From Octopus sinensis (Eukaryota), in the NCBI RefSeq assembly GCF_006345805.1, contig NC_043000.1, positions 1,736,001-1,800,000 on the forward strand: a DNA stretch of 64,000 nucleotides, given 5' to 3'. Below are positions 52,200-64,000 of the stretch, piece after piece. A program made the position numbers and the translations under genes. The notes under the pieces were generated by a model, which did no database searches, was not told where the DNA came from, and worked only from the letters and a program-made list of their open reading frames with translations. Positions within the stretch are counted from its first letter, which is position 1. Every line of letters starts with the position of its first letter.

Positions 52200-52832
52200 C
52201 AATAAGAAAATGGAGGGAAACAATAGGTGGTATTCATCAACTATATATATATATGTGTGTGTGTGTGGTGTGGGTGGTGAAGGCGCATGGTTCAGTGGTT
52301 AGAGCGTTGAGCTTACGATCGTGAGGTTGTGAGCTCGAATCCCGGACCGGGCTGCGTGTTGTGTTCTTGAGCCAGACACTTTATTTCACGTTGTTTCAAT
52401 TCACTCAGCTGTAGAAATGAGTTGCAACGTCACAGGTGCCAAGTTGTATCGGCCTTTGCCTTTCCCTTGGATAACACTGGTGGCGTGGAGAGGGGAGGCT
52501 GGTATGCATGGTCTTCCATAAGCATCCTTGCCCGGACTTGTGCCTGGGAGAGTAACTTTCTAGGTGCAATCCCGTGGCCTGTGTCGTGACCGAAGGGGCT
52601 CTCAGAATATATATATATATGCGTGTGTGCGTTTGCGTGTATGTGTTTATCCCCTGCCATCAGTTGACAACCGATGTTGGTGTGTTTACGTCCCTGTAAC
52701 TTAACGGTTCAGCAAAAGAGACCGGTAGAATAAGTACCGGGCTTACAAAGAATAAGTTCTGGGATCGATTTGTTCGACTAGAGGTGGTGCTCCAGCATGG
52801 CACAGTAAAATGACTGAAACAAATAAAAGAAT
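51885..52832 (+). mobile_element. SINE-B with a SINE-D nested in its microsatellite
   Basis: 5' half 51885-52050, 3' half 52620-52832. Confidence 0.8.
52277..52605 (+). mobile_element. SINE-D
   Basis: Matches 2458-2792. Confidence 0.88.
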
Positions 52833-53479
52833 GGTCTCACGAAAAGATGACATGTTAAGTCGTAAAACTTACCAAATTTTTTAAAAGCTATGCTCCAGCA
52901 TGATCTAAACAGCTATAGCTAGATAAATTAAGACTATTGGTAAACCCAAACTCTATTTCTACACAGCCATCCTCTTCCCTTCAACATTGCTAATCACCAA
53001 CGTGATTATATTACGGAAAATCTATTTATGCTTCAAATTAGTTTTTCAGAATTTCCAGTTTATTAGTTTTCCCACTTAAAGGAAGGAATGCACACAGCAA
53101 TAAAACTGTTCGACATCTGAACAGGAATTTCAACCGTGTTTCGTGGTCTGCTACCACAACAGCTCCTTTATTGGATCCAGTTTGCTCAAGATATCATCAG
53201 GAGGAACCACGTCCGGTTTCGGTCCCTACTCCTCTACCGTTTTGACGTGGCAGGGCCCCCCCCCCTTTCGGAGGTGTCTTCAGCTCTGTTGAGTGCATGT
53301 CTTCTTTCTTCTGTTCCCTGGCCTCTTCGATGTAGCGTCAACGAGTGTCAGCGGGCGACTGACTGTCTTGTCAAATTTTTTCCCTTTAAATACCTGCTGT
53401 TAGGCTCCAGCAGGCAGCCCCAGCAAGTTGTCACGTGAAACAACCAAAACCTCGTCGTACACAATTCTCTGGATATATA

Positions 53480-53712
53480 AGGCGACGAGCTGGCAGAAAC
53501 GTTAGCACCCCGGACGAAATACGTAGCCGTATTTCGTCTGACATTACGTTCTGAGTTCAAATTCCGTCGAGGTCGACTTTGCCTTTTATCCTTTCGGGGT
53601 CGATAAATAAAGTACCAGTTTCGCACTGGGGTCGATGTAATCGACTTAATCCGTTTGTCTGTCCTTGTTTGTCCCCTCGGTGTGTAGCCCCTTGTGGGTA
53701 GTAAAGAAATAT
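53480..53712 (+). mobile_element. SINE-A, full length
   Basis: Family match. Confidence 0.9.
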
Positions 53713-54499
53713 ATATCTACTTCTATCGTCAACTTTACCAAATACTAACGATCTACAAATCCCCCAAACTATTTTGTAGATTAGGTTGAAACAATTTATA
53801 AGATGTTTGGAGCACCAAGAATGCATATGGCTTCCATTCATGCATCATCATAAATAAACTCTACTTCCACCCGAACTACAATAATTTTTTCTCTGATTCT
53901 TCATTCAAATCAGCTCTACCTTGGAATGAATATTTTCTTTCACCTCTCTTCTACTCAAACCAGAGTTTCTGATATCTATAAAAATGCTTCTACCACTTAG
54001 AACCAAACGGACTCTAAAAATAGCAACCCAATTTCCTTCAAACCATATCCAATCGTAACACACATTAGATAATAATACCCTGGTTATATTGTATCCGAAA
54101 GATCAGATCGGTTGCCTTTCTTTATAGACATAACAACACTCCTAACATCTGTTTTGCTTCCGCGCTTCTCCCTAAGATGCGTAAATCAAAGATCTTGTTT
54201 TCAAATAATTACCGTTGCTATTATGTTAAACTGTTGTATGTCCAAATTTGGCCAAATGTGTTTTATTCAGTATGTCACCGGCGTCATTGAGGTAAAGAAA
54301 AACTTATCAACGACACCGCATAATAGCATAGCCTAGAAAAAACATTCATTACATGGAAAAATGCGAACAAGAGAAATAATACTCTTAACATTATAAACCT
54401 GGAAAATTACAGAACAAGTTATTACACATGAAAAAGTTCAGGACAACTTATTGCATCTGATAGAGTACAGAACAAGAAAAATCTGTTTGAAATCCAAAA

Positions 54500-55900
54500 G
54501 TATGCTGACCTACAAAACATTAATATACCCGTAACATCCTTTTTCTGTTGCAATTCAAAGCATTGCACTGGTAGACTATGCTTCATTCTCCAAACTTCTT
54601 CAAGTACCAGCAACTGTTCGATCGTCTCAAGTACTGCCTTGAGGACATCAATTTCATATCGTCCCTCTTTTAAAGTCATTTTTCTTGAATACTTCAATGA
54701 TAATAATTGTACTTGAACCTTCCCACACCGACGGTGTTGGTGAGAAGACCGAATCGTCAACAATTCTGAACTCTCAGTGGAGTGGAAGCACTCCGTCGGT
54801 TACGACGATGAGGGTTCCGGTTGATCCGAATCAATGGAACAGCCTGCTCGTGAAATTAACGTCTAAGAGGCTGAGCACTCCACAGACACGTGCACCCTTA
54901 ACGTAGTTCTCGGGGATATTCAGCGTGACACAGAGCGTGACAAGGCCGGCCCTTTGAAATACAGGTACAACAGAAACAGGAAGTAAGAGTGAGAGAAAGT
55001 TGTGGTGAAAGAGTACAGCAGGGATCACCACCATCCCCTGCCGGAGCCTCGTGGAGCTTTTTTAGGTGTTTTCGCTCAATAAACACTCACAATGCCCGGT
55101 CTGGGAATCGAAACCGCAATCCTATGACCGCGAGTCCGCTGCCCTAACCACTGGGCCATTGCACCTCCACTCTCAGTAAAGGGTTAGTGTTTTCGCCTAT
55201 TCGTAACACTGACTCACATTCCAATTATTCTTGATCTGTTTCTCAACTCCAATCCCAGTCTTTACTAAATTATCGAAGTCTTTACATTTACAAACTAATA
55301 AGATCAATGCCTAATGAAGACTTCACACCACATCCACAACTCTCCCGTATGAAACTTCGAGTTAGCTAACGGATGAAAACCTTGACACTTTTATGCTAAT
55401 GATTTCAGTTAGCATCAATGTTCGAGAGTGCTAAGCAAGTAACTGGAACCATCCTCTTAGGCATGTCCTTTCATCTCTCTCATACAACTAAATCCACCGA
55501 CCCAAACCTCCCAAGTTGCTCACTCTCAACTACACTTCAGCTGTACTGGAGAATATCACAGCTTATAATACCAGCAAAATTCACTCACTTCCACTCGTAT
55601 ATGTCTTTTATATGCCGCTCCTGCAAAACTGCCATTTGAGCTTCGAACAACTTGCAACCCATCCCACCTCCGCTCAAATTATATCTGGTCCTTTTAGTTT
55701 CTTACCACAAGGATATTTATCAAATTTGCTGAATACTTTTTCCTATTTCTCTTCACCTAAGATAACTAAGTAATCTGTAATCCGACAGAGGAATCTTCCA
55801 CACTTTCTGTCCGTTTTGCATCCATCTCTGCAATTCACACACGCACTCGACAACCTATTTCAACATTTTTTTTTATTTTTTATTCACAAATCTCACCACT
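54500..55900 (+). pseudogene. Ancient L2/CR1-group LINE endonuclease region, interrupted by SINE-C
   Basis: Degenerate GDFN-like region, SHTDGVG and ILDLFL.SNP motifs; heavily decayed. Confidence 0.4.
54781..55170 (-). mobile_element. SINE-C, full length
   Basis: Family match; TSD ACTCTCAGT. Confidence 0.92.
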
Positions 55901-56079
55901 CCGTACACAATCACGTCAAGAGCAGAAACACTTCTGGCCACGATCCAAAAGGAAGGGGCGTACTGCATCTATGTGGTAGTTCAACCTGCTAGAAATAGCA
56001 GTCACAGTCTACCATCTTTAAAATGAAGGAAATATTGGACAGTGTTCTCAAAATCTCTCGTGGAAGCGCCATCCAACCA

Positions 56080-56370
56080 AAATGCAAATATATGGGAAAC
56101 TACCACCTGTGTCATCTCTTGTGAAAGGTAGGAGAGTCCAGTTGCTGGACATTGTTGTAGAGCTGAAAAAGAAGTTTAATCTACTCTTCTCTCTGGAAGC
56201 CATCTACTCGCAATACCAGAGGCGCACACTCTCCTACCCTGATGTAATCTCCAGGGATACAGGCATCCAGCAACAGGACCTCCGTAATGCTATGATGGAC
56301 TGTGAAGTCTGGCGTAGCATGGTAAATTCCATTGTCTCGACCACGGTCGAACAATGATGATGATACAAAA
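56080..56370 (+). mobile_element. RTE-like LINE 3' end
   Basis: IYGKLPPVSSLVKGRRVQL..RTLSYPDVISRDTG...DL.NAM.D.EVWR, then a (TGA)n tail. Confidence 0.6.
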
Positions 56371-56762
56371 AGACGGTATAAAAAGAGAAATAGTTACGAC
56401 TAGAACGCCTTTGGTCACATGTCTGCAATAGAAAGGGTTGGCCTAGATTAAACAACAATTCTTCTGGTTTCTTCAAACCAACAAACCACTAGCCCTGATA
56501 ATGTCTTTTCCAGTACCTTAAATGATGTGATTCACTGCTGAGCCCTGCCTTCACCGAACTCTACAATCTTTCTTTACGTGCTCTTTATGCAGGTACTCGA
56601 CAAATTTCCCTTAAATCGTGCCTTATCGCTTGAAGAAAAGGAAAAGAAACATATGTCCAAGTTAATGGAGACAAACTTGGAATAAGTACGCAATGATTAC
56701 AGCTTGAACCCTTTTATAATAAGCCTGTTCAGCCATGGCTGACTCGGAGTCAAACAATAATC

Positions 56763-56867
<105 letters not shown>

Positions 56868-56893
56868 ATATATATACACACACACACACACAT

Positions 56894-56975
<82 letters not shown>

Positions 56976-57486
56976 ATCATATCAAAGGGAAATAGAAATT
57001 AATTAAAATTTACATTTCCAGTGGTCTAACGTGTAAAAAATTTAGTCAAAAAGACTATATATTAGTCATACGATATAGTGTATATTTAAACATAAGGAAT
57101 CCACTTATAGGAATCAACACGCTAGAAAGAACAGCTAAGTTCTATAACCACAAAAATTAGGGATAAAATTCGACAGGAACGAATTGAAAGATGAAAACTT
57201 TTACCATCCAGTTTCCTGGACCAATTGGTTTTGATTTTAGTTTAGCGAGTCAAGGAACTCGCTATGTGTAATCTTATATATAATATATATATATTATATA
57301 TATATATATATAATAATATATGGAAATTTATTCCATTTTGCAGCCATGCACGAGTTATTCCCAAACCAACTTGGCAGTGTCTCGTATCCTATTAACTAAC
57401 GACCTACTGCTCTTACATTCCACACCTCAAACGCAATGGAAACAGTTGTTAGATTAATCTTCAACGCTTTCGCTTAATACATATTC

Positions 57487-57862
57487 TGGAAGCACTCCGT
57501 CGGTTCCGACGACGAGGGTTCCGGTTGATCCGATCAACGGAACAGCCTGCTCGTGAAATTAACATGTAAGTGGCTGAGCACTCCATAGACACGTGCACCC
57601 CTATCTCGGGGATATTCAGCGTGACACAGAGAGTGACAAGGCCGGCCCTTTGAAATACAGGTACAACAGAAACAGGAAGTAAGAGTGAGAGAAAGTTGTG
57701 GTGAAAGAGTACAGCAGGGATCACCACTATCCCCTGCCGGAGCCTCGTGGAGCTTTAGGTGTTTTCGCTCAATAAACACTCACAACGCCGGTCTGGGAAT
57801 CGAAACCGCGATCCTACGACCGCGAGTCCGCTGCCCTAACCACTGGGCCATTGCGCTTCCAC
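57487..57862 (-). mobile_element. SINE-C
   Basis: Family match with small deletions. Confidence 0.9.
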
Positions 57863-57899
57863 ACAATACATATTCTAACTATGTAATTTCCCAGTTGTT

Positions 57900-58620
57900 T
57901 CTGTCTTTTAGAAGTTTGGCGTAAAACATGCCGTTGTGCTTGACATCAGCAAAGCTTTGGATTGTATTTGTAACAAGAATATTTTAGCTAAGCTTCCAGC
58001 CAATAAGAAGGCTCCCTTCGTTTGTCATCTCTTGAACTGGAAGCTTCTTATCAACTCCCACCATTGTAGCTAAAGGGCACTCACTGATCCACAGTGGATT
58101 AACTTTGATGTGATATTCACTAAGGCTCGGGTTATGTACTACACCTCTTTTCTTTCCATTGACGATTGGTTTACTGTCACCTCTAACAACACCCATTGAT
58201 ACATATGGTACCACTCTTCGTTGCTCCTTAAGTTTCTGCTTACAAGTGTTATTGTCGTACACCAAACCTGCATCATCTCCAAAAATATGCTGCAATGATG
58301 TCATGACAATCTAATGTCTATCAACAGTACAAAGACAATCACTGTCCTTGCCAAAGGAAACAGTCGCCAACCGCGCCCTTTGTAGCTATTGACAACACGC
58401 ATCTAAAACTCTCTAAGTTGCTACAAGTGCTAGGCTTTGCAATCTCTAGTGATCTTTCCGGCCGAGCCAACATATGTGACAAGACTAAAACTGTAACTCG
58501 TAGACTAACATTTTCCATCGGGTTCAGAAAATACTTAAGCTCATCAATTTCTGGCTCTCGGCAACCCTCAAGTGAGACCCACAATGTAGTACTAATAACA
58601 CAAGCTTGCTAAATTCTATT
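57900..58620 (+). pseudogene. Ancient L2/CR1-group RT remnant
   Basis: DISKALDCICNKNILAKLPA resembles DISKAFDRVWH..L..KL; decayed GSV..P..FL..IDD region. Confidence 0.6.
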
Positions 58621-58954
58621 TCGTTTTCTCATAAATCAAATTAATGAAAAAACGAAATAGGATTTGCATCCAGATAATTTTTTTTCTTTCTTCGCCATAA
58701 TGTCGGACAAATTTAGAAAGTTTAAAATTAAACCAGTGTTATTAAACATAACGGTTTGTCTGCCACTTTTCAATCCTCACATCCAACACCATCCAAAGCT
58801 GACATTCTCCATTCCTCTACCCCAAGAGAAACCCTGTCCTAAATCATAAAATCATTCGATTGCTTTGCAAAGTCTCGCCAATACACAGCAACCTTTAACC
58901 TACACATGTTGTTCTGTCTGTCTCTCTCTCTCTCACACTCTCTCTCGTCCTCCC

Positions 58955-59005
<51 letters not shown>

Positions 59006-59602
59006 TCTCTCTCTCCCTTTCTGCCTTTACTCACTATTACTATCATAATGACCTCTGCATCTCTGGACATATTAATTTTACCCAACCTCATCAGATATAT
59101 CCGCCTCTCTCTCTTCCTCTTTACATACTTTGTTTCTCTTTACGCTTTGCTAACCACTTCACTATTCTTCCGAACGCCAATCCTTTCTAATTCATTACTC
59201 AATTCTGTAAGCATTTTTTCCCCTACAGACATCAACTTAAAGAATTTTCAAGCTAGACAAAAACCACCTCAATCTAACCAGCCTCGAGAGCTTATGAATG
59301 TCGTTAACAGAGCTCATCTTCTTACTAAATCATTAAAAACAAACTGTAATATAATTCCCATTAAAGAGTTTACTGAAGAGAGTGACATATTCCACTCTGA
59401 ATGATAAACATGGTAAGAGTGTCTTAATTTTACGCCGAGTAATAGTCTACACTTGATTAGTCTATCATACACGACATGTAAATTGTGAAGTTTACTGTAT
59501 ACATTATTTCGTAGTTACCTCCCTTTGCTATCTATTTAGTAAATTAAAAGTTATTTCCCTTCAGTTTCAATTTTTCGGTTGCATTAGCGTAAAGATATGG
59601 GA

Positions 59603-59987
59603 TGGAGGCACTCCGTCGGTTACGACGATGAGGGTTCCGGTTGATCCGAATCAACGGAACAGTCTGCTCGTGAAATTAACGTGTAAGTGGCTGAGCACTC
59701 CACAGACACGTGCACCCTTAACGTAGTTCTCGGGGATATTCAGCGTAACACAGAGAGTGACAAGGCCGGCCCTTTGAAATACAGGTACAACAGAAACAGG
59801 AAGTAAGAGTGAGAGAAAGTTGTGGTGAAAGAGTACAGCAGGGATCACCACCATCCCCTGCCGGAGCCTCGTGGAGCTTTTGGTGTTTTCGCTCAATAAA
59901 CACTCACAACGCTCGGTCTGGGAATCGAAACCGCGATCCTACGACCGCGAGTCCGCTGCCCTAACCACTGGGCCATTGCGCCTCCAC
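59603..59987 (-). mobile_element. SINE-C, full length
   Basis: Family match; TSD CGTAAAGATAT. Confidence 0.92.
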
Positions 59988-60011
59988 CGTAAAGATATAG
60001 GTCTGTCATTA

Positions 60012-60214
60012 AGGCGGCGAGAAACGTTAGCACGCCAAGCGAAATGCTTAGCAGTATTTCGTCTGTCTTAACGTTCTGAATTCAAATTCCGCCAAGGTCG
60101 ACTTTGCCTTTCATCCATTCGGGGTCAATAAAATAAGTACCAGTTGCGTGCTGGGGATCAATCTAATCGTCTGCTTCCCTGCGCAATAATTCCGGGCCTA
60201 GTGCCTAGAGTAGA
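60012..60214 (+). mobile_element. SINE-A
   Basis: Family match; flanked by duplicated AAAGATATAGGTCTGTCAT. Confidence 0.8.
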
Positions 60215-60257
60215 AAAGATATAGGTCTGTCATAAACAAATGCAAACCGAAGGGACT

Positions 60258-60697
60258 GGCAATCTTTCGTCTCTAGTAGACCTTTCCGTCGATTTCCGTA
60301 AAAAAAAATTATTTTTTTTTTACATATGGGCTTGCGGGAACTTTTGAAGTAATGAGAGCGAAAGAGACTAAGGGAAAGCGATTGTATGACTAGGGAAGTT
60401 CTTTTGAAGTTACCGTGCATGGGAAGCATTGATGTACATGTGTGTGTGTGCGTGCGTGTGCGTGTGTGTGTTTGATGGGGTGTGGGAGACAGACAGTATG
60501 TTGTGTAAGTGAAGTGCTTCTGTTAGTGTGTGTGAAGAGACAGAGTAATGTGTGAAAGAGAGAGATAACTGAAATTTTTTACTTGGTGTATGTGTATATG
60601 TATGTATATTACTTCAAAAGTTCCCGCAAGCCCATATGTAAAAAAAAAATTTTTTACGGAAATCGACGGAAAGGTCTACTAGAGACGAAAGATCGCC
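60258..60697. mobile_element. 440-bp MITE with TIRs of about 95 bp and a perfect 8-bp TSD
   Basis: GGC(A/G)ATCTTTCGTCTCTAGTAGACC..TTTTGAAGTAAT arms; AAGGGACT at 60250-60257 and 60698-60705. Confidence 0.9.
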
Positions 60698-60845
60698 AAG
60701 GGACTTTCTAAATAGCATGCTTCATGAAAAATTACCTTGAATTTTTTTAGTACTGCTACCCACCTGATGATGTGTCTTGTATTATGCGGCCGTTTTCTCG
60801 AAAAAGAATGTCAATGCCTGCTATGTGTTAGAATATGGAAGCAAT

Positions 60846-61005
60846 AAGGCGGCGAGCTGGCAGAAACGTTAGCGCGCCGGGCGAAATGCCTAGCGGTGTT
60901 TCGTCTGCCGTTACGTTCTGAGTTCAAATTCCGCCGAGGTCGACTTTGCCTTTCATCCTTTCTGAGTCGATTAAATAAGTACCAGTAAATCACTGGGGTC
61001 GATAT
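60846..61005 (+). mobile_element. SINE-A, 3' truncated
   Basis: Family match. Confidence 0.85.
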
Positions 61006-61011
61006 AATAAT

Positions 61012-61283
61012 AATAATAATAATGAAATTATTGTATACAGTGCTCAAGTGCACCACAACTTGTCAGAAAGTGCATATAAAGTACATGCAGTAATGTAGAA
61101 ATGTCTGGAAAGCGAACAATGTATGAGTCAGATACATACTTGTGTGTGTATGGAGGGGAGAAAATCAAGTGTAGTGTTGGCGAATCTCAGGAAGCATGGA
61201 AGTTTTGAAGGATGCAGTGCTCCGGCAACTAACAACTGATGCCGGCAGTTTGTTCCATGCTTCAGCAACTCTCAGCGTGAAAA
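61012..61283 (-). mobile_element. CR1 3' end fragment
   Basis: Matches 62150-62395. Confidence 0.88.
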
Positions 61284-61734
61284 GGGTCATATCGGAGTGC
61301 CCTGCTCAGCAATATAATCGACCTTAATCCCCTTGTCTGTCCTTGTTTATCCACTCTATGTTTAGCCCCTTGTGGGCAATAAAGAAATAAATATGGAAAC
61401 AAAATGTATCGTTTATGCGTCTTCCAGAGGTATGGTGGAAGAAAAGAAGAGAAATATATTTGACGAGGAACCAAAATTGAATCACAAATATATATTTTGG
61501 TGTGTTACCTACACGTAACAATCAGTTCAGTTTCTTTTCTCTTAATTTTTTTACAAATTACTTCAATTTTTTTCCTCATAATAACTAGTATTCAGGTATA
61601 TGATGAAGAGAAGAATGTGTGACCTTCATGCCTATTTCAAGAATATAACTGATGTATTTAAGTTGAAATTTTAAAGCCTAAAACTGAAACTTACATGAAT
61701 CATTGTTTTCTACTTCATAAAACAAAGGCATGGC

Positions 61735-61899
61735 TGTATAATTAAGAAGTCTACCCCTCAATCATGTGGTCCTGGGTTCCACTGTGTGACACCTTGGGCA
61801 AATGCTTTCTACTATAGTCCCAGGCCGACCAATACCAAACAAGTGAATTTGGCTAATGGAAACTGAAAGAAGCCTATCGTGTGTGTGTGTGTGTGTGTT

Positions 61900-61930
<31 letters not shown>

Positions 61931-61955
61931 TGTGTCTTTGCATTTGTCTCCCACC
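61735..61955 (+). mobile_element. SINE-B, diverged 5' half
   Basis: ACACCTTGGGCAA..GGCCGACCAA..GGAAACTGAAAGAAGCC. Confidence 0.7.
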
Positions 61956-62139
61956 ACCGCTATTAAAAAAAATTTTGAAAATTACTGATGGAAAGCAGGA
62001 CAAGCAAACACAGAGAAAGGACCCTTCATCAGTTGTCGGCTGTCTATCCGCTCCTCATTTCAAGCATTCAACGACAACATAAGTCTTCAAAGACAGTTGC
62101 TCCCATAAATTCTAAAATAAAATTTAGGATTTATAATAT

Positions 62140-63860
62140 TAAAATAATAATAATGAAATTATTGTATACAGTGCTCAGGTGAACCACAACTTGTCAGAAA
62201 GTGCATATAAAGTACATGCAGTAATGTAGAAATGTCTGGAAAGTGAACATGTTTGTGTGTGTATGGAGGGGAGAAAATCAAGTGTAGTGTTGGCGAATCT
62301 CAGAAAGCATGGAAGTTTTGAAGGATGCAGTGCTCCGACAACTGACAACCGATGCCGGCAGTTTGTTCCATGCTTCAGCAACTCTCAGCGTGAAAAAATG
62401 CTTCCTGAAGTCATGGGAGCTGTGCTGTTTTCTTACTTTGTAAATATGTCCACGGGTGTTAGATGGGTGGAGTTTGAAGAGGTGCTCAGAGTTATTGTTT
62501 GTGCGGTGGTTGATAATTTTATGGGTGTCTGCCAAATCAGCTGCCAGACGTCAGAGTTTCAATGTGTCCATGCCCAGGGAAGTAAGGCGTTCAGGATATG
62601 GCAAATGCCTGATGGAGGGTATTCTTTTGGTTGCACGTCACTGAACAGCTTCCAGACGATTGATATCCTGGGCAAGATAGGGGTTCCAGACCGGTGATGC
62701 AAATTCCAGGTGAGGTCTTACCATAGCTATATAAAGCCGCAGATAGATAGCCGGAGAGCGGCTCACAAAGGATTTGGTGAGTGATGCCAAGACACCCTCA
62801 GCCTTCTTGACAATTTTAGCGATGTGTTTTGTCCAATGCAAATCACTGTCAACAATAACACCCAAGTCACGTTCACTTGAAGACTTTTTGAGACTAGTGT
62901 TGTGGAGGGAGTAGGTGGACGCTGGGTTTCTCCTCCCAAAATGCATGGTGGTACATTTGTCCACAGCCAGCTTGAGTTGCCAGTCCATGATCCACTGCTG
63001 CATTGTGTCCAGGTCTGCTTGCAATAGAGATCCATAGTGTACAGGATTTGACCTCTTTATTTCGAGGTACAGCTTGATGTCATCTGCATATTTCAGCACT
63101 GTGGCATTCTTTAAGTGGCATCTATGTCATAACATATGCAACAAATAAAAGGGGGCCAAGAACAGATCCCTGCGGCACACCAGATGTCATCTCATAGGGC
63201 GAAGAGTGCTGTCCTAGAACTGTGACAACCTCTTTTCGGCCGAAAATAAAGGACTTTAACCAGTTATAGAGTTCGTCTCTTACACCCAATGCAAAAAGCT
63301 TCACCATAAGTCTTTTGTGTTGCACAGAGTTAAAAGCCTTAGCAAAGTCCAGATAAACAACATCCACCCAGGATCCGCGATCAGTGATTTGGGTAACGTC
63401 CTCAAGAAACTCGATGAGTTGATTACAGCAGCTGGAGTTAGGAATAAATCCGAATTGTGACGGCTGGATGAGGCTGTGAGACTTCCAGAAGTTCCAGAGG
63501 GTTTCTCTGATACAGGATTCCATCAGTTTGGTGATGCAGCTAGTAAGACTGACGGGGCGATAGTTGACAGGCGATGTGCGGTCGCCTTTTTTGAACAGAG
63601 GGATGACACTGGCAGTTTTCCACTGTTCTGGAGTAACACCATTGTCAAGACAGAATTGGAAGAATAGAGAAAGTTGGCTTAGAAGAAAGTACCCACCGCG
63701 TTTGAGAAGTAGGTATGTAACACCATCGAGACCAGGAGAGGCATAATTGCGTTTATTCTTTAGGTGGCGTTGCAGCATTGCTGGTGTAAATTGCATAGAA
63801 GATATAGAGTCCGATGTCAGTGGTGATGATGATGGAACATTTTGGTCTTCGACAAGGGTC
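62140..63860 (-). mobile_element. 5'-truncated CR1-clade LINE with RT domain, 3'UTR and (ATT)n tail
   Basis: SPGLDG, WKTASVIPLFKKGDR..NYRPVSLTSC, YLDFAKAFNSV.H, GVPQGSVLGPLLF, YADD, ERDLGVIVD, VRPHLEFASPVWNP, WNKLP. Confidence 0.96.
62278..63860 (-). pseudogene. Disrupted CR1 ORF2 reverse transcriptase
   Basis: Two apparent 1-nt deletions near 63110-63135 and two in-frame TGA codons where Arg is expected; endonuclease absent. Confidence 0.9.
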
Positions 63861-63882
63861 AAAGTTGGGAACAAAAAAATGA

Positions 63883-63996
63883 CAGTGGAGACATACAAGG
63901 AAACATGGAGGGTCATTAGACCAGAACAAGAGGAAAATAGTGAACGCTGGGAGAAAGATGTTTGCTTTTATTCAGTTTCCTTGTATGTCTCCACTG
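63883..63996. repeat. Perfect 22-bp inverted repeat with 70-nt spacer
   Basis: CAGTGGAGACATACAAGGAAAC / GTTTCCTTGTATGTCTCCACTG. Confidence 0.88.
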
Positions 63997-64000
63997 GCAT

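Noticed and set aside
63860-63916. N-terminus of the 264-aa ORF
   Set aside because: Appears to be non-LINE flank read through in frame; RT homology starts near VEDQNVP

Overview
Repeat-saturated, AT-rich eukaryotic DNA, most likely an intronic or intergenic stretch of an octopus (coleoid cephalopod) genome. The organism is inferred from the tRNA-derived SINE families and microsatellite load, not from a database match. No intact host protein-coding gene can be supported, and almost all long ORFs in the track are microsatellite or SINE artefacts. The window holds roughly 50 copies or fragments of four modular tRNA-derived SINE families (labelled A-D here), a 3.3-kb (TATG)n array and many TA/CA/TAT tracts. 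It also holds a 5'-truncated CR1-type LINE with a nearly complete but disrupted RT (62.1-63.9 kb), RTE, R4/Dong-type and older L2/CR1 remnants, two internally deleted mariners, several MITEs and a non-autonomous Helitron. The most interesting signal is a set of type I hammerhead ribozyme motifs with short palindromic stem III, the architecture known from Penelope-like elements and retrozymes. They occur in at least four unrelated sequence families (24.8/25.2, 29.7/41.4/42.0, 31.0 and 45.8 kb). They sit in (TA)n tracts, often the tract inside SINE-B, and are associated with a 405-bp tandem duplication and with fold-back palindromes. Ribozyme activity and Penelope identity are inferences that need testing. 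Coordinates were counted by hand and may be off by a few bases.
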